Source: Octopus sinensis
Lineage: Eukaryota
Direction: 5' to 3'
NCBI RefSeq assembly: GCF_006345805.1
Contig: NW_021836151.1
Span: forward strand, 183,743-247,742
DNA length: 64,000 nt
The first letter of the stretch is position 1; each line of letters starts with the position of its first letter. This document shows positions 23,378-38,099 of this stretch, piece after piece. The position numbers and the translations under genes are program-made. Under the pieces are notes generated by a model. The model was not told the DNA's origin, did no database searches, and was given only the letters and a program-made list of their open reading frames with translations.

Positions 23378-24147
23378 TGTTTTTAACTACTTTTATTTGT
23401 CAATAATTATCAGATTCATTTAAATTTAAACAATTTTATACTTTTGGGGTGAAAAGAGGTTACCGCAAATGATTTAGTTTAATATTATAGAGTTTTCTAT
23501 TAAAGCTATATATGCACAAAAGAAATACTATATCTCTTTCAATAAAAAAACTGATAACTCAGATCCTTTTTGCATAAATAATTTACTAATAAATTATTTG
23601 TTTATGAATGCCATCCTCTGCTCAATTCAAAGGCTCTGCGCTTAGTTAGAAAAATTACTTAGTTAATTAGTTTCTTTTTATTAATTCGTTTATGAAATGA
23701 AATGCATAAAGCTTTACACATTTTTTTGCGGCAATAACAAATATGAAATTATTTTTCGTGAAATTTTCAAGACAGAATTGGAGTTGAAAAATGCGATAAA
23801 TTAAAAAATGAATAAATAACAGTTTAACACTAACTCTTTTTATTGAAAAATGCCTAGATATGTTTCCCTTTCGAGCAGAAAGTAACTTTAATTATTTAAT
23901 AAAACGTATTTGTGAATTTCGTAAAACAACGATGCCTATTTATTTTTAGACCTTCAACACTAAAGCCTGAAGGGTCAACACTAATGCCTGAACTTTTGAC
24001 ACTAAAGCTCGGAAAACCCAATATCATCAACGTCAACAAAAAATCGTTCATTTAATATGATCAAAGCTTAAACTTAACAATAACAAATGCTGTAAGTTAA
24101 CATACAAAAATTGAATTTCATAAATAATATAAACATGAAAAAAACAG

Positions 24148-25205
24148 TCAAGTATTTAATTTTTGCAATGTCACATACATTCTGTGTGCAATACGAATAA
24201 TGTTCGAAGTGACAGGTCTCTCCAGAGGGTTTTTCTTGAGACACAAAGCCACCAAATCGACCATCTAAATATCCCCAACATAACCAACCTGGGAAGAGTA
24301 AATATCAGGATCCATAGGCGTGTAGCCCTCGTGTTGTATCTGTCGACAGAGGGCGATCAGATTGGCCTGTTCTGGCTGAAATGGCACCCGTAAAGTAGCC
24401 ATCTCGTAAAGAATACAACCCAGGGACCACACATCGGAAGAAAAGTCATACCCTGCTGACTAATCCTCTCGGGGGACATGTAATACGGAGTCCCCACTAA
24501 CACTAACCAAACCAACAAACCCAGAGAATGAGCCACGGAAGAATTGGAAGGGAAATAACGAGCTAATCCCAAGTCCCCCAATTTGACAAGTCCTTCAGAA
24601 GTGATATAAATATTGGCTGGCTTTATATCTATAAATAAGCGGAAAAAACGACCTCTGTGCATTATTCTACGTGAATGCATGTGGTTCAATCCCTGACAAA
24701 TTTGAAGGAAATATCGCCAAATTGAAAACTCCCCCAATTTCCTATTTTGTATCCGAAATGTCTAAAAATCAAAAATATCAGTCAAACACTCAAAAGTCTG
24801 GACAAATCGCCCCAGTCGGCCAGTTCCATCACAATTATCAAATCGTTCATGTGAAGAAACGAAGAGTGGTGTTGGATTACATTCGGATGATTTAATTTCT
24901 TTATTATGTAATAAAAAATACCTTTAATAATTCAACCTCCTTCAAACAGTCATAACGAGCCTTTGCATCTGTCATTTCAAATATCTGAGAATTTATGCTG
25001 TTATTAGAGTTACTTGAACTTGTTTGAGGGCATAATATTGGTTATCAAGCAGACTGCGTGCAGTGAGCACTACACTGAACTGTCCGTTTCCAAGTTTCCC
25101 TTCGACGGCAAATTGTGTGAGAGACTGGTACTTATCACTGTTGCATAGTGCCAGAAGTCTCGAAATTTCTTCGTGGTAGTCGACTTTGTTCTGACACTGG
25201 TCCAT
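24148..25205 (-). CDS. NEK6/7: NIMA-related kinase NEK6/7
   Basis: GNGQFSVV, IFEMTDAKARYDCLKEVELLK, MHRDIKPAN, LGDLGLAR, VGTPYYMSPE. One apparent G deletion near 24451. Confidence 0.93.
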
Positions 25206-25303
25206 AATGTACTCACGTCAACAAGTGGACAATAACAAATTTAAATATTTATTTCAAATATAATTAAATTTAATCCTAAATTAATATAAAACAGAAAAAT
25301 AAT

Positions 25304-26662
<1,359 letters not shown>

Positions 26663-26929
26663 TTAGTAAATATTAGTAAGAGTGCACATGTGTTAAAATT
26701 TTATTTTTAGATTGAAATATAAATTAAATGACATACTTTATTAATAGAACATACATAGATTAATTAAGTTAATATTATTAAAATCGATGTTAATCCGACC
26801 GTTGTCCGCTGAAGGTTAATTTCCTCCTTTTAGAAGAGAAAGTAACCAACATCACTCCTTTGTCACTAAGTTAGTTTCCTCAGCGGAAGGAGAGGGTGTG
26901 TATTCCTGATTGGAATTAAATTAATCTCA

Positions 26930-27530
26930 AGATTGTTTCCACATGGCGTTCCCCAAAGCTCCCCCCTTTCTCTTGCTCTTTTCAATTTATGCCTTTCCGA
27001 AATTTCTAATCCTAAATGGAAGACTCATTCGTTCTCGCCTACGCTGACGACCTACTCATTGGATCACGTGATAAAGATCTCTTGAAAGCTTTCAAAAGAG
27101 CACAAGATCTCTTATTACAAATTCGAACTTGGCTATATCAAAACAGGATGAACCTCTCCCCCAAAAAATCGTCCACTACCTTATTTACGTCGGATAAGAG
27201 ACTTGGAAGGCGTACTGTTGATCTTTTTCTGGACAACGAAAAGATCCCATTCACGAAGAACCCTAAAATTCTGGGGGTCACTTTGACATGTGTTTTACTG
27301 CCCATTTAGAGAAGGCCATCGGATCCAGTCAGAGAAAGAATGGACTAATCAAATCGATATTTGGCGGACTAAAGAAACCGTTTCCGGCTCTCTCTAAAAA
27401 CAATTCATTGAACCGACAATTGGCTATGCCTGCGCCGCATGGGGAATTAATCTCTCATGGTCCAACCGACCTAAAATTGAGATTACACTATACAGAGCTG
27501 CGGCTCGCATAATGAAAATTTCCAATTTGA
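26930..27530 (+). pseudogene. Non-LTR retrotransposon RT fragment
   Basis: GVPQSSPLS, AYADDLL, KNPKILGV. Frameshifted. Confidence 0.85.
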
Positions 27531-27861
27531 AAAATATTATTCCAAGTCTGCTTGACCACCTAATTAAGAAAGATGGAAAGGGCTTCTTAGCCATTTAACA
27601 AGACCAACTGTCAAAACACCATCATATGTCAATTATCAACCAGAAGCACATTACCCCGATTCAATTCCTTACGAAAACTGTTCCCCGTCAGTTTTGCACT
27701 TGCGTTGAGCTCATCGGGAAAAGCAGAGAAAGATCTTTAGGATTGTTGGAATCACCTAATTAATTACTCTAATTAACTGTTGGTAATTCTTGGGTTAAAT
27801 AAAAAAGAGGCTACTGGCTAAATTTATCTCCTCATCAGTGATTCTGATCCAGTGCCTGTGT

Positions 27862-28062
27862 TCAACAATCATACAACTGCCTGTATATAAGACCGAGTTC
27901 CGTCTTCGATAGCCAACTTTTTAATTTAGTTCTTAAAATACTTGGAAACAGCCCGTAAGTCAAAACCAATGGAATTATTTTCACTTGAGCGTCGTAAAGA
28001 ATGGTTAAATCCCTTGCCAATAGATCGTATTTATGGCATTTCTTGACATGCTTGGCTGTCAA
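27862..28062 (-). pseudogene. RLE-type non-LTR endonuclease fragment
   Basis: K..KYDLLARDL...VKIIPLVLT.G matches the RLE C-terminal signature. Confidence 0.6.
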
Positions 28063-28409
28063 ATTAAATATTTTTCTTTTTTAAAAATAAATAGAGAAAT
28101 CATTGATTTATTCATAGCGAAGATTGTTTTTGGAAAAGCTGCAAAACTACCTCTATGGTTTTGGAGGGTGGTTACTAGTAAACCGACTATCAACAAGTCC
28201 AGAAAAGTCGATTACTACCCTCTTTGCCGCAGCAAAGAGACTCGGAAAACAAGGCGGGAGTAACGCTGTGGTTAAACAATGTAGAGATATTATTTCAAAA
28301 ATAAAGTTTTTTATCTTTAGAAACTTATTAAAAATCAGCAAAAAACATAAAAATCGAAATATCCGATTTTCATCTTTCAATGCTGTCTAATTTGAAATCA
28401 ATTAAGTCA

Positions 28410-29030
28410 ATGTGGCGAACCTATCAATTAATAGACTGTTCTTCCTCCATTTTGTATTAATTCTCCACCCAAATCTCTTTTTATTATTATAAAAGGATAT
28501 GTTTAGATTAATGTAAAGTCCAACGATTTGCATGTTATTTTAGTAGTAATTATATTGTATTGGTGAGTGTTTAGAATATTTTTTCTTAATGTGGTTAGCA
28601 TTTTTTGGTCGACCTTTATCATGTCCCTGTTTGGACAAAACATGTGAGTTGGCTTATGTGTGGGCTCATCTGTAGACCATTAGTGTTTATTACATTTACT
28701 CTCGGATGGTCATGTCGATCAGACATTTTGGTAATATGGAATTGCCATTTTTAAGAGTGCTTTTATGGTCAATGCCATCAACATGATCCACCCTGAGCCT
28801 GCTGTCAATAAGCAAAAGCATTACATCAATATGAGCATTTAACTCTCCAGGACGGTTTTTTCCCGACGGGAGGTTTTTTTAGATAACTTTAAATTGTTCT
28901 TTGATTAGTGTTCTCTAATTTGTACTCCGCCGTTCCTTTTACTGAGAGCAGTTAAGAATGTTGGGAATATTATCACTCGTAAAAAGGAACACATTTTGCC
29001 AAATATTAAAAATACGTTAAGTAAGGTAAA
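28410..29030 (+). CDS. Small spliced membrane protein, weakly PRA1/Yip3-like; 3' end uncertain
   Basis: Micro-intron-split frame with YFSSNY followed by hydrophobic stretches (IFWSTFIMSLFGQNIPLVFITFTLGW). Confidence 0.35.
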
Positions 29031-29168
29031 ATACGCATTGTTCAGTTTTTTGGTAAAGAAATCATGAAAATATTATTTTGTAATAAATAAATAAGTTTTG
29101 ATGATTAAATATATAATTTATATTGGCCAACATAAAGTAATAAATTACAATAGTTAATAATTTTAGTA

Positions 29169-29974
29169 ATGTCCTCGGATTTGGAAGGCACCACTGAATA
29201 TGACTACCTCATCAAAATAATAATGCTTGGTATTTATTTTGTTTTTAAAAACAGGCGACTCCGGCGTTGGAAAAACTAGGTTTGTCTCGAAATATACCGA
29301 AGAAAAAGAGGCCCAAGATTTTGTAACCACAGTCGGCATTGATTTCAAAGAGAAGATCAAGGCTTGGCTGTTTATTTAATTCCAGACAATCCAATCTCCG
29401 TTCAAAAATGACATTCCTAATAAGCAGATTACTGTAAAGTTACAAATTTGGGACACTGCAGGTCAAGAAAGGTATTTTTAGAAACAGATGGACAATTAGT
29501 CGCATCGATTTAGTTATGAGGCGTTAATATTTAATTAGAGTTATTATCTCACTTTCAGATTTCGGAGTCTCACGACGGCGTTTTTGAGGGATGCCATGGC
29601 CTTCGTGATGGTTTTCGACCTGACCAAAGAACGGACTCTTGCCAATATTCAATACTGGATTGAACAAATAAAAGACCATGCTTATTGTGAAAGTCCTGAC
29701 ATGCTGCTTTGTGGAAACAAGGCCGATTTAAAGGACGAGCGGGAAATACCTCAGCATCAAATCTCAACTTTTGCCCAAGAACAGGGGTACTGTATTTGAT
29801 ATTTGTAGACTTGTTTATTTGGAGACCAGCGCACTTGACGGGCGAAATATTGAAAAAACTTTTGATATTTTACTTGAACGAGTTTTGCAAAGAATAGAAG
29901 GGACAAGAAACAACATCACAATTCGGAAGGAGATTGACAAGTCGGTGGCTAAACATAGCAAATGTTGTAACTAA
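29169..29974 (+). CDS. RAB27: Rab27-like small GTPase
   Basis: [46 protein letters not shown]-terminal CCN. Introns 29230-29254, 29362-29385, 29472-29558 and a 22-nt fourth intron. Confidence 0.93.
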
Positions 29975-30598
29975 TCTCTATTATTAATTTTTATTTACTT
30001 TTAACTTTTATTTCAATAAGTACTTGATGTGTTACAGGTTTAATGATGACACAAACAAACACTTGAACTGAATAAATTCGAACCTGTTACCCAAATTGAT
30101 CGATAATTTTGAATTTATAAAATTCATTTAATAGTAAATAATGTCATAATATGGCTCAATTGAGTGATTTTAGCATGTAAAACCCAAACTTACAAATGTA
30201 AATAATTTCGACAAAATATTTATGCTAAACCAGTGCCGAATGATTAAAATCTGCAAAAATCTCCTAAGTTGACTCTGTATAAAGAAGAGATCTTTTTAGT
30301 AAAGAAATTTATATTGCGATAAGAAATTTAAACTTAGTGACTATGCGGTAAAATTCAAAGGTTTGGGCACTCTACATTCAGCATTTAAACAAAAGTCTCG
30401 CTAAGTGTAAAACCAAAGTTCACAGTTTCAATTATATGACCAATCACACTTACGTAATTTGACTGTCAATGATACAAGACATCGGTAAATATACTTACAA
30501 CCAGAAAGATTAAAATTACAAAAAAATATTCAAGTTGTCGTATTATAATCTAATCCATATGCGTAACATTTATTTTATGAGAAAAATAAAGAAATATA

Positions 30599-31757
30599 TT
30601 ATCTGCTTATCTTGTTAACGATTTTATAGTTTTTAAACAATCCGGTGATAAGAGCCCTTGATACTTTGTGATTCGTGTTGTTAGAAATCATATTAATTGC
30701 GAAAATCCCATCAGACTCCAAATATTTATCAATAAATCCTTTAACTGTCGACAAATTTGCTATTTCTTCTTTCAAATAAGGATGAATATTTTTCATTACA
30801 AATTGAATTCTTTTTTCATGATTGAAAACGTGATAAAGCCATGAAATAGTCGTCGATATATTTGAAATAATGATAAAACACATCCAAAACCAATAGAAAA
30901 TAAAGATTCCTTCCAGGTAAACGTTATTGGATAAAACACACTGAACAGTATGCCGTTCTGGGTACATAACATTGCCAAGTTCGCGAATATAAAAGTCACA
31001 CATCCCAACTCTTGGAAATAACGAAGAATCGTTGTTCTGTCTTTGTACAAAGTCCTGGATCATTTTAAATCCGTCTATATTCCCCGTTTTGTTGGATAAA
31101 AGGTAATTTGAGAGCAGAAATTGGACGACAGAGTTAATTATATAAAAGAATTTTGCGAGGAAATATGTCAAAGTGAGTCGATGTTCGGAGAACCAACGGT
31201 TCAGTAAATTGATATTTCTTGCATGCCATCTTTTTTTCACTTCTAAATATCGTTCAAAATGTGCAATCATTTGAGTAATTTGATTTTCTTTATCATCTCC
31301 AGGAAAGAATTTTTGATAGTTTGTTCCAATTTTTATAAGGTTTTTCAGATTGAGTCCGCAACCCGTGTTGTGGCCCCTCCAAAACATGAATGGAAGTCTA
31401 TATAAAAGAGCGAAGAACAGAAAGATGAATTGTGTCCATTGGTAATATTTTATTTGATTTTTTCCGATGAAATAATCAGTTTCTGGGACCGAGTCGTTCA
31501 TTGAAACATAATACGTGTTAGTAACCCAACATATTGAATTCGTGTATTTGGTGAATGTTGCTGCAATAAAAATTAGTATTACCTGTAAATTCAGCAGGGG
31601 TCCAACATTTGATGGGAGGTCCTACAAAATCGTCGGACGTTACAATAATTGCTAAAATCACAAGAAGTGTCGCTGTGTAGGTATGGTTAAAACGATCGAT
31701 TACATCATCGTCATTTTCCGTGCCAAAAATATTGTTCAGCACATTTAATATGTCCAT
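30599..31757 (-). CDS. inx: Innexin (gap-junction protein)
   Basis: DDVIDRFNH, CWTPAEF, CWVTNTY, YYQW, FPRVGMCDF, QCVL. Single 22-nt intron at 31561-31582. Confidence 0.97.
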
Positions 31758-32303
31758 TTAATATTTATGCAAAAACTCTTTTTATATAATCTAATATTCC
31801 GTCACTAGCTATTATTTCATTGTAATTAAATAGTTTTTTTCACCTAGATTATCAGTAAAATTGAAGAACATAATACGCACTTTTTTATATTATGATATTT
31901 TTTTATTGTTTGCAGGCTTCAAATGTATTTTAATTAGTCATATTTGGAGATCAATATTTTCAAATTCAACGGTTCAATATCAATTAATCAAATATAGTAA
32001 TTGAACAAAGCGTACTAATTGATTGTATGGAAAAGGTTTACATTTTAATTTGTCTTGCTATTTTTGAAATAGTTTATCCAACAATAATTTTTACTGATTC
32101 TTAACCAATTATTCACACATTTAGTTATGCAGCAAATAAAACGTCCACTTTTAACAAACTGGAACAAATTAAAAAAGAATTTCTATTTTAGAAATGAATG
32201 TAGAAGATCTACAAACGAAGCCTCATAGAAAGTCTCGCCGGCTATCAGGGGTTATAGTTTCCTTACTATCTATCCGCAAAACTTTGTAATTAATAAAATG
32301 ATT

Positions 32304-33431
32304 TCAATTAAAAACGAATTGGTCACAATTTAAATCCTTAAACGACTTGAATTGCTTTTATTACTTTTCCTCGATTTACAGACCTCAGACCTTTTCTTTG
32401 GAGGCGAATGAACATCTATTTACTCCATATCTGATCAATAACCAGATTCCACAATCTTCTTAATTTGAATGACAGTATTCAGCGGAAAAATAAACTTTCC
32501 TAACCGAGAAGCAACTGAGGAAGACTTTGGCTAAATATGAAAAACCAAAAACTTTACAGATCCAAGAGAATAGAGAGAAAGTATTTCAGAGGCAACATTT
32601 CGCACCTTTTCAGAACTAACTCGAATAATATGATAAAAAGAATCCCCAGGCAAATCAATCTGGCTAATTAAACAACAATACTGAATAGAGACGAGTGGCC
32701 AGGTCAATACAACCCATGGCGACCTCTTCTTGCTTATACCTAATAAGGATATCCGTCCTCTGACAGTCATTCATCAAATTCCTATGAATAAATACTGAAA
32801 ATACCATGAACACTGCACTACTTCAGCATAATCCGCCAACATCAAAGTCTGTAAGTACAAAATAATAACCTAAGAGTGAGAAAGTGGATAAACTTTATGA
32901 GGATGTTGAGGGAAAACTGCAAATCCCAATTCTTTGAGGATCTTCCTTTCAGTTTCAATCAATTCTCTTTTATAATGAACATATTGACTATCCAACAAAA
33001 CAGGACAAAGTGGTCTGGTTTTGTGAATAGTAATTTACTTGTTATTCTCCAACTGGTCGAGTATGGTTGCCACGTTGATTACATCGCGGAATCTCCGCGG
33101 CTCCTCTTCAATGCGGGAGGCCAATATTACACATGACATTGCTACATTCTTCAAGTGAACTTTCCCCGTAAAGGACTTTCTGTAGAAATATCGGTGGAAT
33201 AGTGACTGTGCTGTTGCTGCAGCGGACTGGGAGGTCATTATTGAGTAATACAGTGGGTAATTTCAGTAGGATACAACATTTTTGGATCATGCTACAGCCT
33301 ATCCAACGCAAAGCTTTTTCGTCGTCAATTGTGAGGTTTTCTTGGAGGGAAGGGGGGTTGGAAGTCGTCTCGGGTGGAAGTGCGACTTGATTCAGGGTCA
33401 AAACTACTTGTCCATATCCTCGTGCTTCCAT
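32304..33431 (-). CDS. CCNL1: Cyclin L
   Basis: PSLQENL...[59 protein letters not shown]. 3' end approximate. Confidence 0.9.
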
Positions 33432-33467
33432 CACACCACAAACAGAATCATTCAGATTAATAATTTA

Positions 33468-35200
33468 TTAAAGACATAAAACACTTATACGAATAAGTAA
33501 TTCAATATTAATTAATAAATGTCGGTTATTAATTTTTTCACCATGGAGAAGATGTTCAATTGACTGGCTCTTTAGTGCTATCGTTTGGGACAGAACATAA
33601 TTTCCCAAATCACTTAATTCGTATTTTTTTGCAGAATAGTCTTCCCCCTGACATAGATAGAAAGCTAGAATTGTGATTAAATTTAAGGCCGCCATGTTAC
33701 TTTTAAAACACATTTCTATCAGCCCTTATTTGATTTCATTTAAAAACTGATTTAAAAAAATACACACATCGTTCAAATCACAGAAGAGTATCCAGAATTT
33801 TTCCATTTTTTACTTGTCCAAAACAAGGGTGATATTGTGGTAGTAGTATTGGACAATCTTTATGCCTTTTCTAGCATCACTTTTTATTACAGAAAAGACA
33901 ATTGTGACGAGTTTTTCAAAACCTGTCTCTTAAAACTACAAAAAAAGTCATTAAAGTTTTTTGAATTGAGTATTTAGGAATATTCTGCATAGAAATGACC
34001 ATCTGCAATATGAAGTAGACACAAATCGTTATTCTCGAGTGTTTGGAACGTCTATTATGTTGATAAGAAACCAGTGGAATTATCTTTTTTGCTTTTATTT
34101 TAAGGCCATACTTAACATTCAGACTTATTTCTCTGATTCTATTTTGATTTATTCCAAATTATTCCCAAACGAGTCAATCATTGTAAATCTGTGCTCAGAA
34201 AACTAAAATAATTATCAGACAGTTACAATTTGGACGATTTTTTGTCTGTCCGAGTAACAAATCGACCAGTCTCGTGAGTCATTAACGAGTTTATAGTCAT
34301 ATGATAACGCGATTTCAGAATCCAATGCAAAGTCTCATGGGTCTGTTATAACGTCTTTCTTTTCAATCAATTCCTCGATCATAAACGTATTATATGATAT
34401 AAATTGGTTTTGTCGTCAATGTGATTTGATATAATTTTGAGAAGAGGACTGATCGGGTAAAAATCCAATTCGTATTCTAGGAAGATTTTGATCAGAATTT
34501 TCTCCGAATTCAAGTAGTCTCCGCATATTTCTCTTTCAGGAAACATCCAATTTCCTGAAATTTTAAATTTGTGTTGAAAAATAAAAGAGCATGTGTCTAC
34601 AGGATTTTTACTCCAGTTCTGAATATTCCGATTTTTAAAATCCTACAAATGATTGATTAACTTGCATCCACGTATTCCTTTCTTGTTTAGAATGTGATTC
34701 TATTGTATGAGAGGTCTCTTTGTAATTAATATTTTAAATTCAGAATACTAATTCTTTGTTAATTGCAAGAGCTTTGGGGAAATTGAATTTCATTGTTTTG
34801 TCCAGTCTCTAATATTTATCCTGATACTTTTGACTGAACTCATGTAAGCTTTCTACAAAATAAATCTATAAATTACGAATTTGTTGCTATTAATAGTCAT
34901 TCGATTAATTTTTGAGTCATTTCCGGTGATCTTTTTTATAAATATTCACAAAACGGAGTATTGGAGATTAAAATGCTTTCTGTAATTGATTCAATAAAAA
35001 TTCAAATTCCCAATTTTGTACAAAACTTTCAAAGAATTTTGTAAATGACAAAATTCTATAAATCGATATGAACTCGTTACAGAAAATAGAAAAAACTGTT
35101 AAAGTAATAACAAAATTAATCCAAACCCATGGAGATAAAAACTGAAAGTTTCAAGCAACAATGATTTAAGAAAATTTGAAGTTACAGCACTTTGAGTTAT
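33468..35200 (-). CDS. Large spliced gene of unknown identity; 5' end uncertain
   Basis: Terminal exon 33468-33713 plus coding-like segments separated by micro-intron-like GT..AG stretches. No domain recognised. Confidence 0.35.
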
Positions 35201-35423
35201 TCTAAAAACATTCACGGAGAAATTATGAAATCAGCTTTCTGTAATTAAAAGTAAAATTGACTTTATTTTAAAGTGTTATTTGATTAGTTTTACCAGAAAG
35301 AAAGAAAAATGCTTATCAGAAATACCCAGGCCAAATACCTGCAACCGTCTCGAAAGTGATTAATATTTATAGAATGTTTAGAATATATATTTTAAATAAT
35401 AAATTCAACTTTGTGTTCTTGTT

Positions 35424-36402
35424 ATGGACGGCGGCTTGTTATGGTATTATATGACCAATGATATCCCAGTACCCTAACACAGATGACCGTCTCTCATCCC
35501 TTTCTAGTAGTATGTCGCCAGTCTCAGGTATTTTGCTTCCCTCGTTAATAATAAGATAAATACAGCAACATCTGCACTCCACACCACTCCATTTTCAGTC
35601 ATCCCCTTACTTTACAATCTTTCTTCTTCACAGGTACAACTAGGTCTTTTATATTGAGGGTATCCATTGCCTCTGGAAGGGATTTCACAGTGCCTTACTG
35701 ACTGAAGGCTGTCGATATTTCACAGAAATAGCGCTTACTGAGTATATTCCAACCAGAAACAGTACAATGGAGACTTTTTTGCTAAAACTGGTTTCCTCTG
35801 CTCTTCTTATCCCTCTACACATTACATCATTTGTTACATCTGTCAGAGTAATGACCAGTTTTTAAAATAGAGTTCCATTGCCTCCATTTCTCCTGGAGTG
35901 GTCGAAACTCTCCAAATGAGTGTATGTCGTATATTCGGAGTCGGACAGTCTGCTTCGTCGATTCATTTTCTTGTTTTGGCTCCGCTTTGCCTGATTGACA
36001 GCGCAGTCTGCAACGGAATTGATCGCCTAGTTCGTGTCTTCAGAGATCTTGATCTTCGGTGACTGAAGACATAAATTCTGTTGTGGATAGCTCTCTCTGT
36101 GAATATTATACTTCTGCCTTTTCTACGTGTCTTTCCACTCTTATTCTCTATCCTTTTCGGACCATCACTGCCAGATTGATTGTTCAGGGAACTCGTTCTA
36201 TTATTGACGATGCCAGTGGTCTTGGAGTTATTGTGGTTCAGAGCAAGTATGAGGGTATCAGGACTGCTGTCTTGCTATCCTTTCTAGTGATGGATTTGCT
36301 GGTTTTTACAGAGGGTTTGGGTCTTTCTTGTTGGAATGTTTTGTTCATTATGCTCTTTTTCGATGTCTTTGGAAGTTGCGTGAATTTTATTTGAACATTT
36401 AA
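35424..36402 (+). CDS. SLC25A46: Mitochondrial outer membrane carrier-like protein
   Basis: SHPFLVVCRQSQ, TTPFSVI, LWKG, LYPF...QGTRSIID, YEG..DC...GFYRGFG. Two apparent single-base deletions. Confidence 0.9.
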
Positions 36403-36516
36403 TAAATGACATTTTCTTTTGGGTGTGTTTGCGGTTATTTAGTATTCGGCCGGAAAAATTAATTTTAGCCACTAAATTCTAGTTTATAAGAATGTTGTAA
36501 CGTATTTAATTGGAAA

Positions 36517-37974
36517 ATGAATTGGTAGTTCTCGTTTTGTCATCAATTTTAGTTCGTGGATTCTAAAGAGTTCTTGCAGCCACTTTCCTGTTAGATCACT
36601 CTTGGGATTAGGATCGACAATTCGGCATTCATCTGCTCATACGAGTAACCATTTGGAAGAGAAAAATATAATTGGACAACTTTCTGGATGATATAATGGC
36701 ATCAAATTAAGAAAAGAATCCTTTGGTAGCATTTGTCGTAATTTGTTCATCATGAAATTTTGCTCCAGTCAAATGTTGGTTGTGAATAGTGAACAGATTA
36801 TGAACATCACTCAGAAGCTTGTAGGAAAACGAATTTTTAATTTTCTTATGAAAAAAACGTTTTATAAACAATTTGTTATTGGTGAAAATGAAACTGAGAT
36901 TATTCAAACGATTGAAAAAATAATTCAAAAAACTTAAGATCGATGGTAATGATGAGCTACGAGAACGACCTTGGACTGTGCTCAGAAAATGACTACTACA
37001 GTTCGATTTGTAGAAACCAGCAAGAACTGATAAAGACAATTAAATTGTTCAAAAAAAGAAATGACAAGACTGTTATTGTTCACTACAAATTAACAGGGTT
37101 TTTTCCCTTTTCAACGCTAAGAAAACTATCATCACAAATTAAGAATCGAACTGACTATATTGATACAATTTTTGCGGTGAAAAATATTTTTCGTGGGAAT
37201 AAAATAATTGATGGCACCATTTTAAAACACTTTGATGCCTCAGAAAGAAAATATTTATTAAACGGAATTGAAAAAATTAGAGAAGCTATGGAAAACGTTG
37301 AAAAGTCTGATTTACAAGTACTTGTGGACGCGGAATACACAGATATGAACGAGGGAATCAATGCGATAACCATGGCAATGATTATGCTTTACAATGTTGA
37401 AGTACCGACAGTGGGACTTACTTTTCAATGTTACCTAAAGAATTCATTGAACTCAATTATGCAAAACCTCAACATAATTGAAGAATTCAACCTTTGTTGG
37501 AATTGTAAGTTTGTTAGAGGAGCTTATATGCTATCCGAACGCCAATATTCTGATTTAAATAAAGTGCCCAATCCGGTTTTTGATTCTTACGAAGAAACAA
37601 ATTCAAATTATGACAAAATAGTGGAAATGATATTTAATTATCATTTCTCAAAAAAATATTCAATATTGCTTGCCACACACAATATTAACTCTATTCGGAA
37701 GGCCTGCAAACTTTTGCTCCAAACGAATAGACACACAGGTTCATTCAAGTTTGGACAATTGATGGGAATGTCGGACCATATTAGTCTTCAGTTGGGATCT
37801 CTTAATTTTCCAGTATATAAGTCATCTCCATATGGAAATGTGGAAGATACAATTCCGTACCTCGTAAGACGATTTTATGAAAATTCGTCAATTTTTGGTA
37901 ACGTAAAAAACGATGTCGTATTTATACGGAAAGAATTTTTTCGAAGATTAAACCCCCTTTCTCTAAAAAATTAG
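36517..37974 (+). CDS. PRODH: Proline dehydrogenase
   Basis: MKKTFYKQFV.GE, VDAEYT, TFQCYLK, KFVRGAYM, ATHN, FGQLMGM, PYGNVEDTIPYLVRR. About three single-base indels upstream of 36943. Only one intron seen. Confidence 0.92.
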
Positions 37975-38099
37975 TCACATCTATGATATCTATTTCTAAT
38001 AAATAAAATATTTATTTCTTATAAACCAATCATTTTTTAATTTGAAATGTTTTATGAATTTGACACAAAAATAGGCATTCCAATATGACAAAAAAGAAA

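Noticed and set aside
23955-24010. Three roughly 20-bp repeats (acactaa.gc) resembling a mini array
   Set aside because: Only three degenerate adjacent units with no unique spacers or associated genes. Not CRISPR-like; probably a TE relic.
26795-26890. Inverted repeat tccgctga(a)gg / cctcagcgga upstream of an RT fragment as a ribozyme
   Set aside because: No correctly placed CUGANGA/GAAA core or HDV topology. CTGATGA hits near 27834, 52532 and 61900 also lack the rest of the fold.
28124-28390. Possible Merlin/IS1016-like transposase relic
   Set aside because: Only a vague FGG...TL...G pattern, with no catalytic residues identified.
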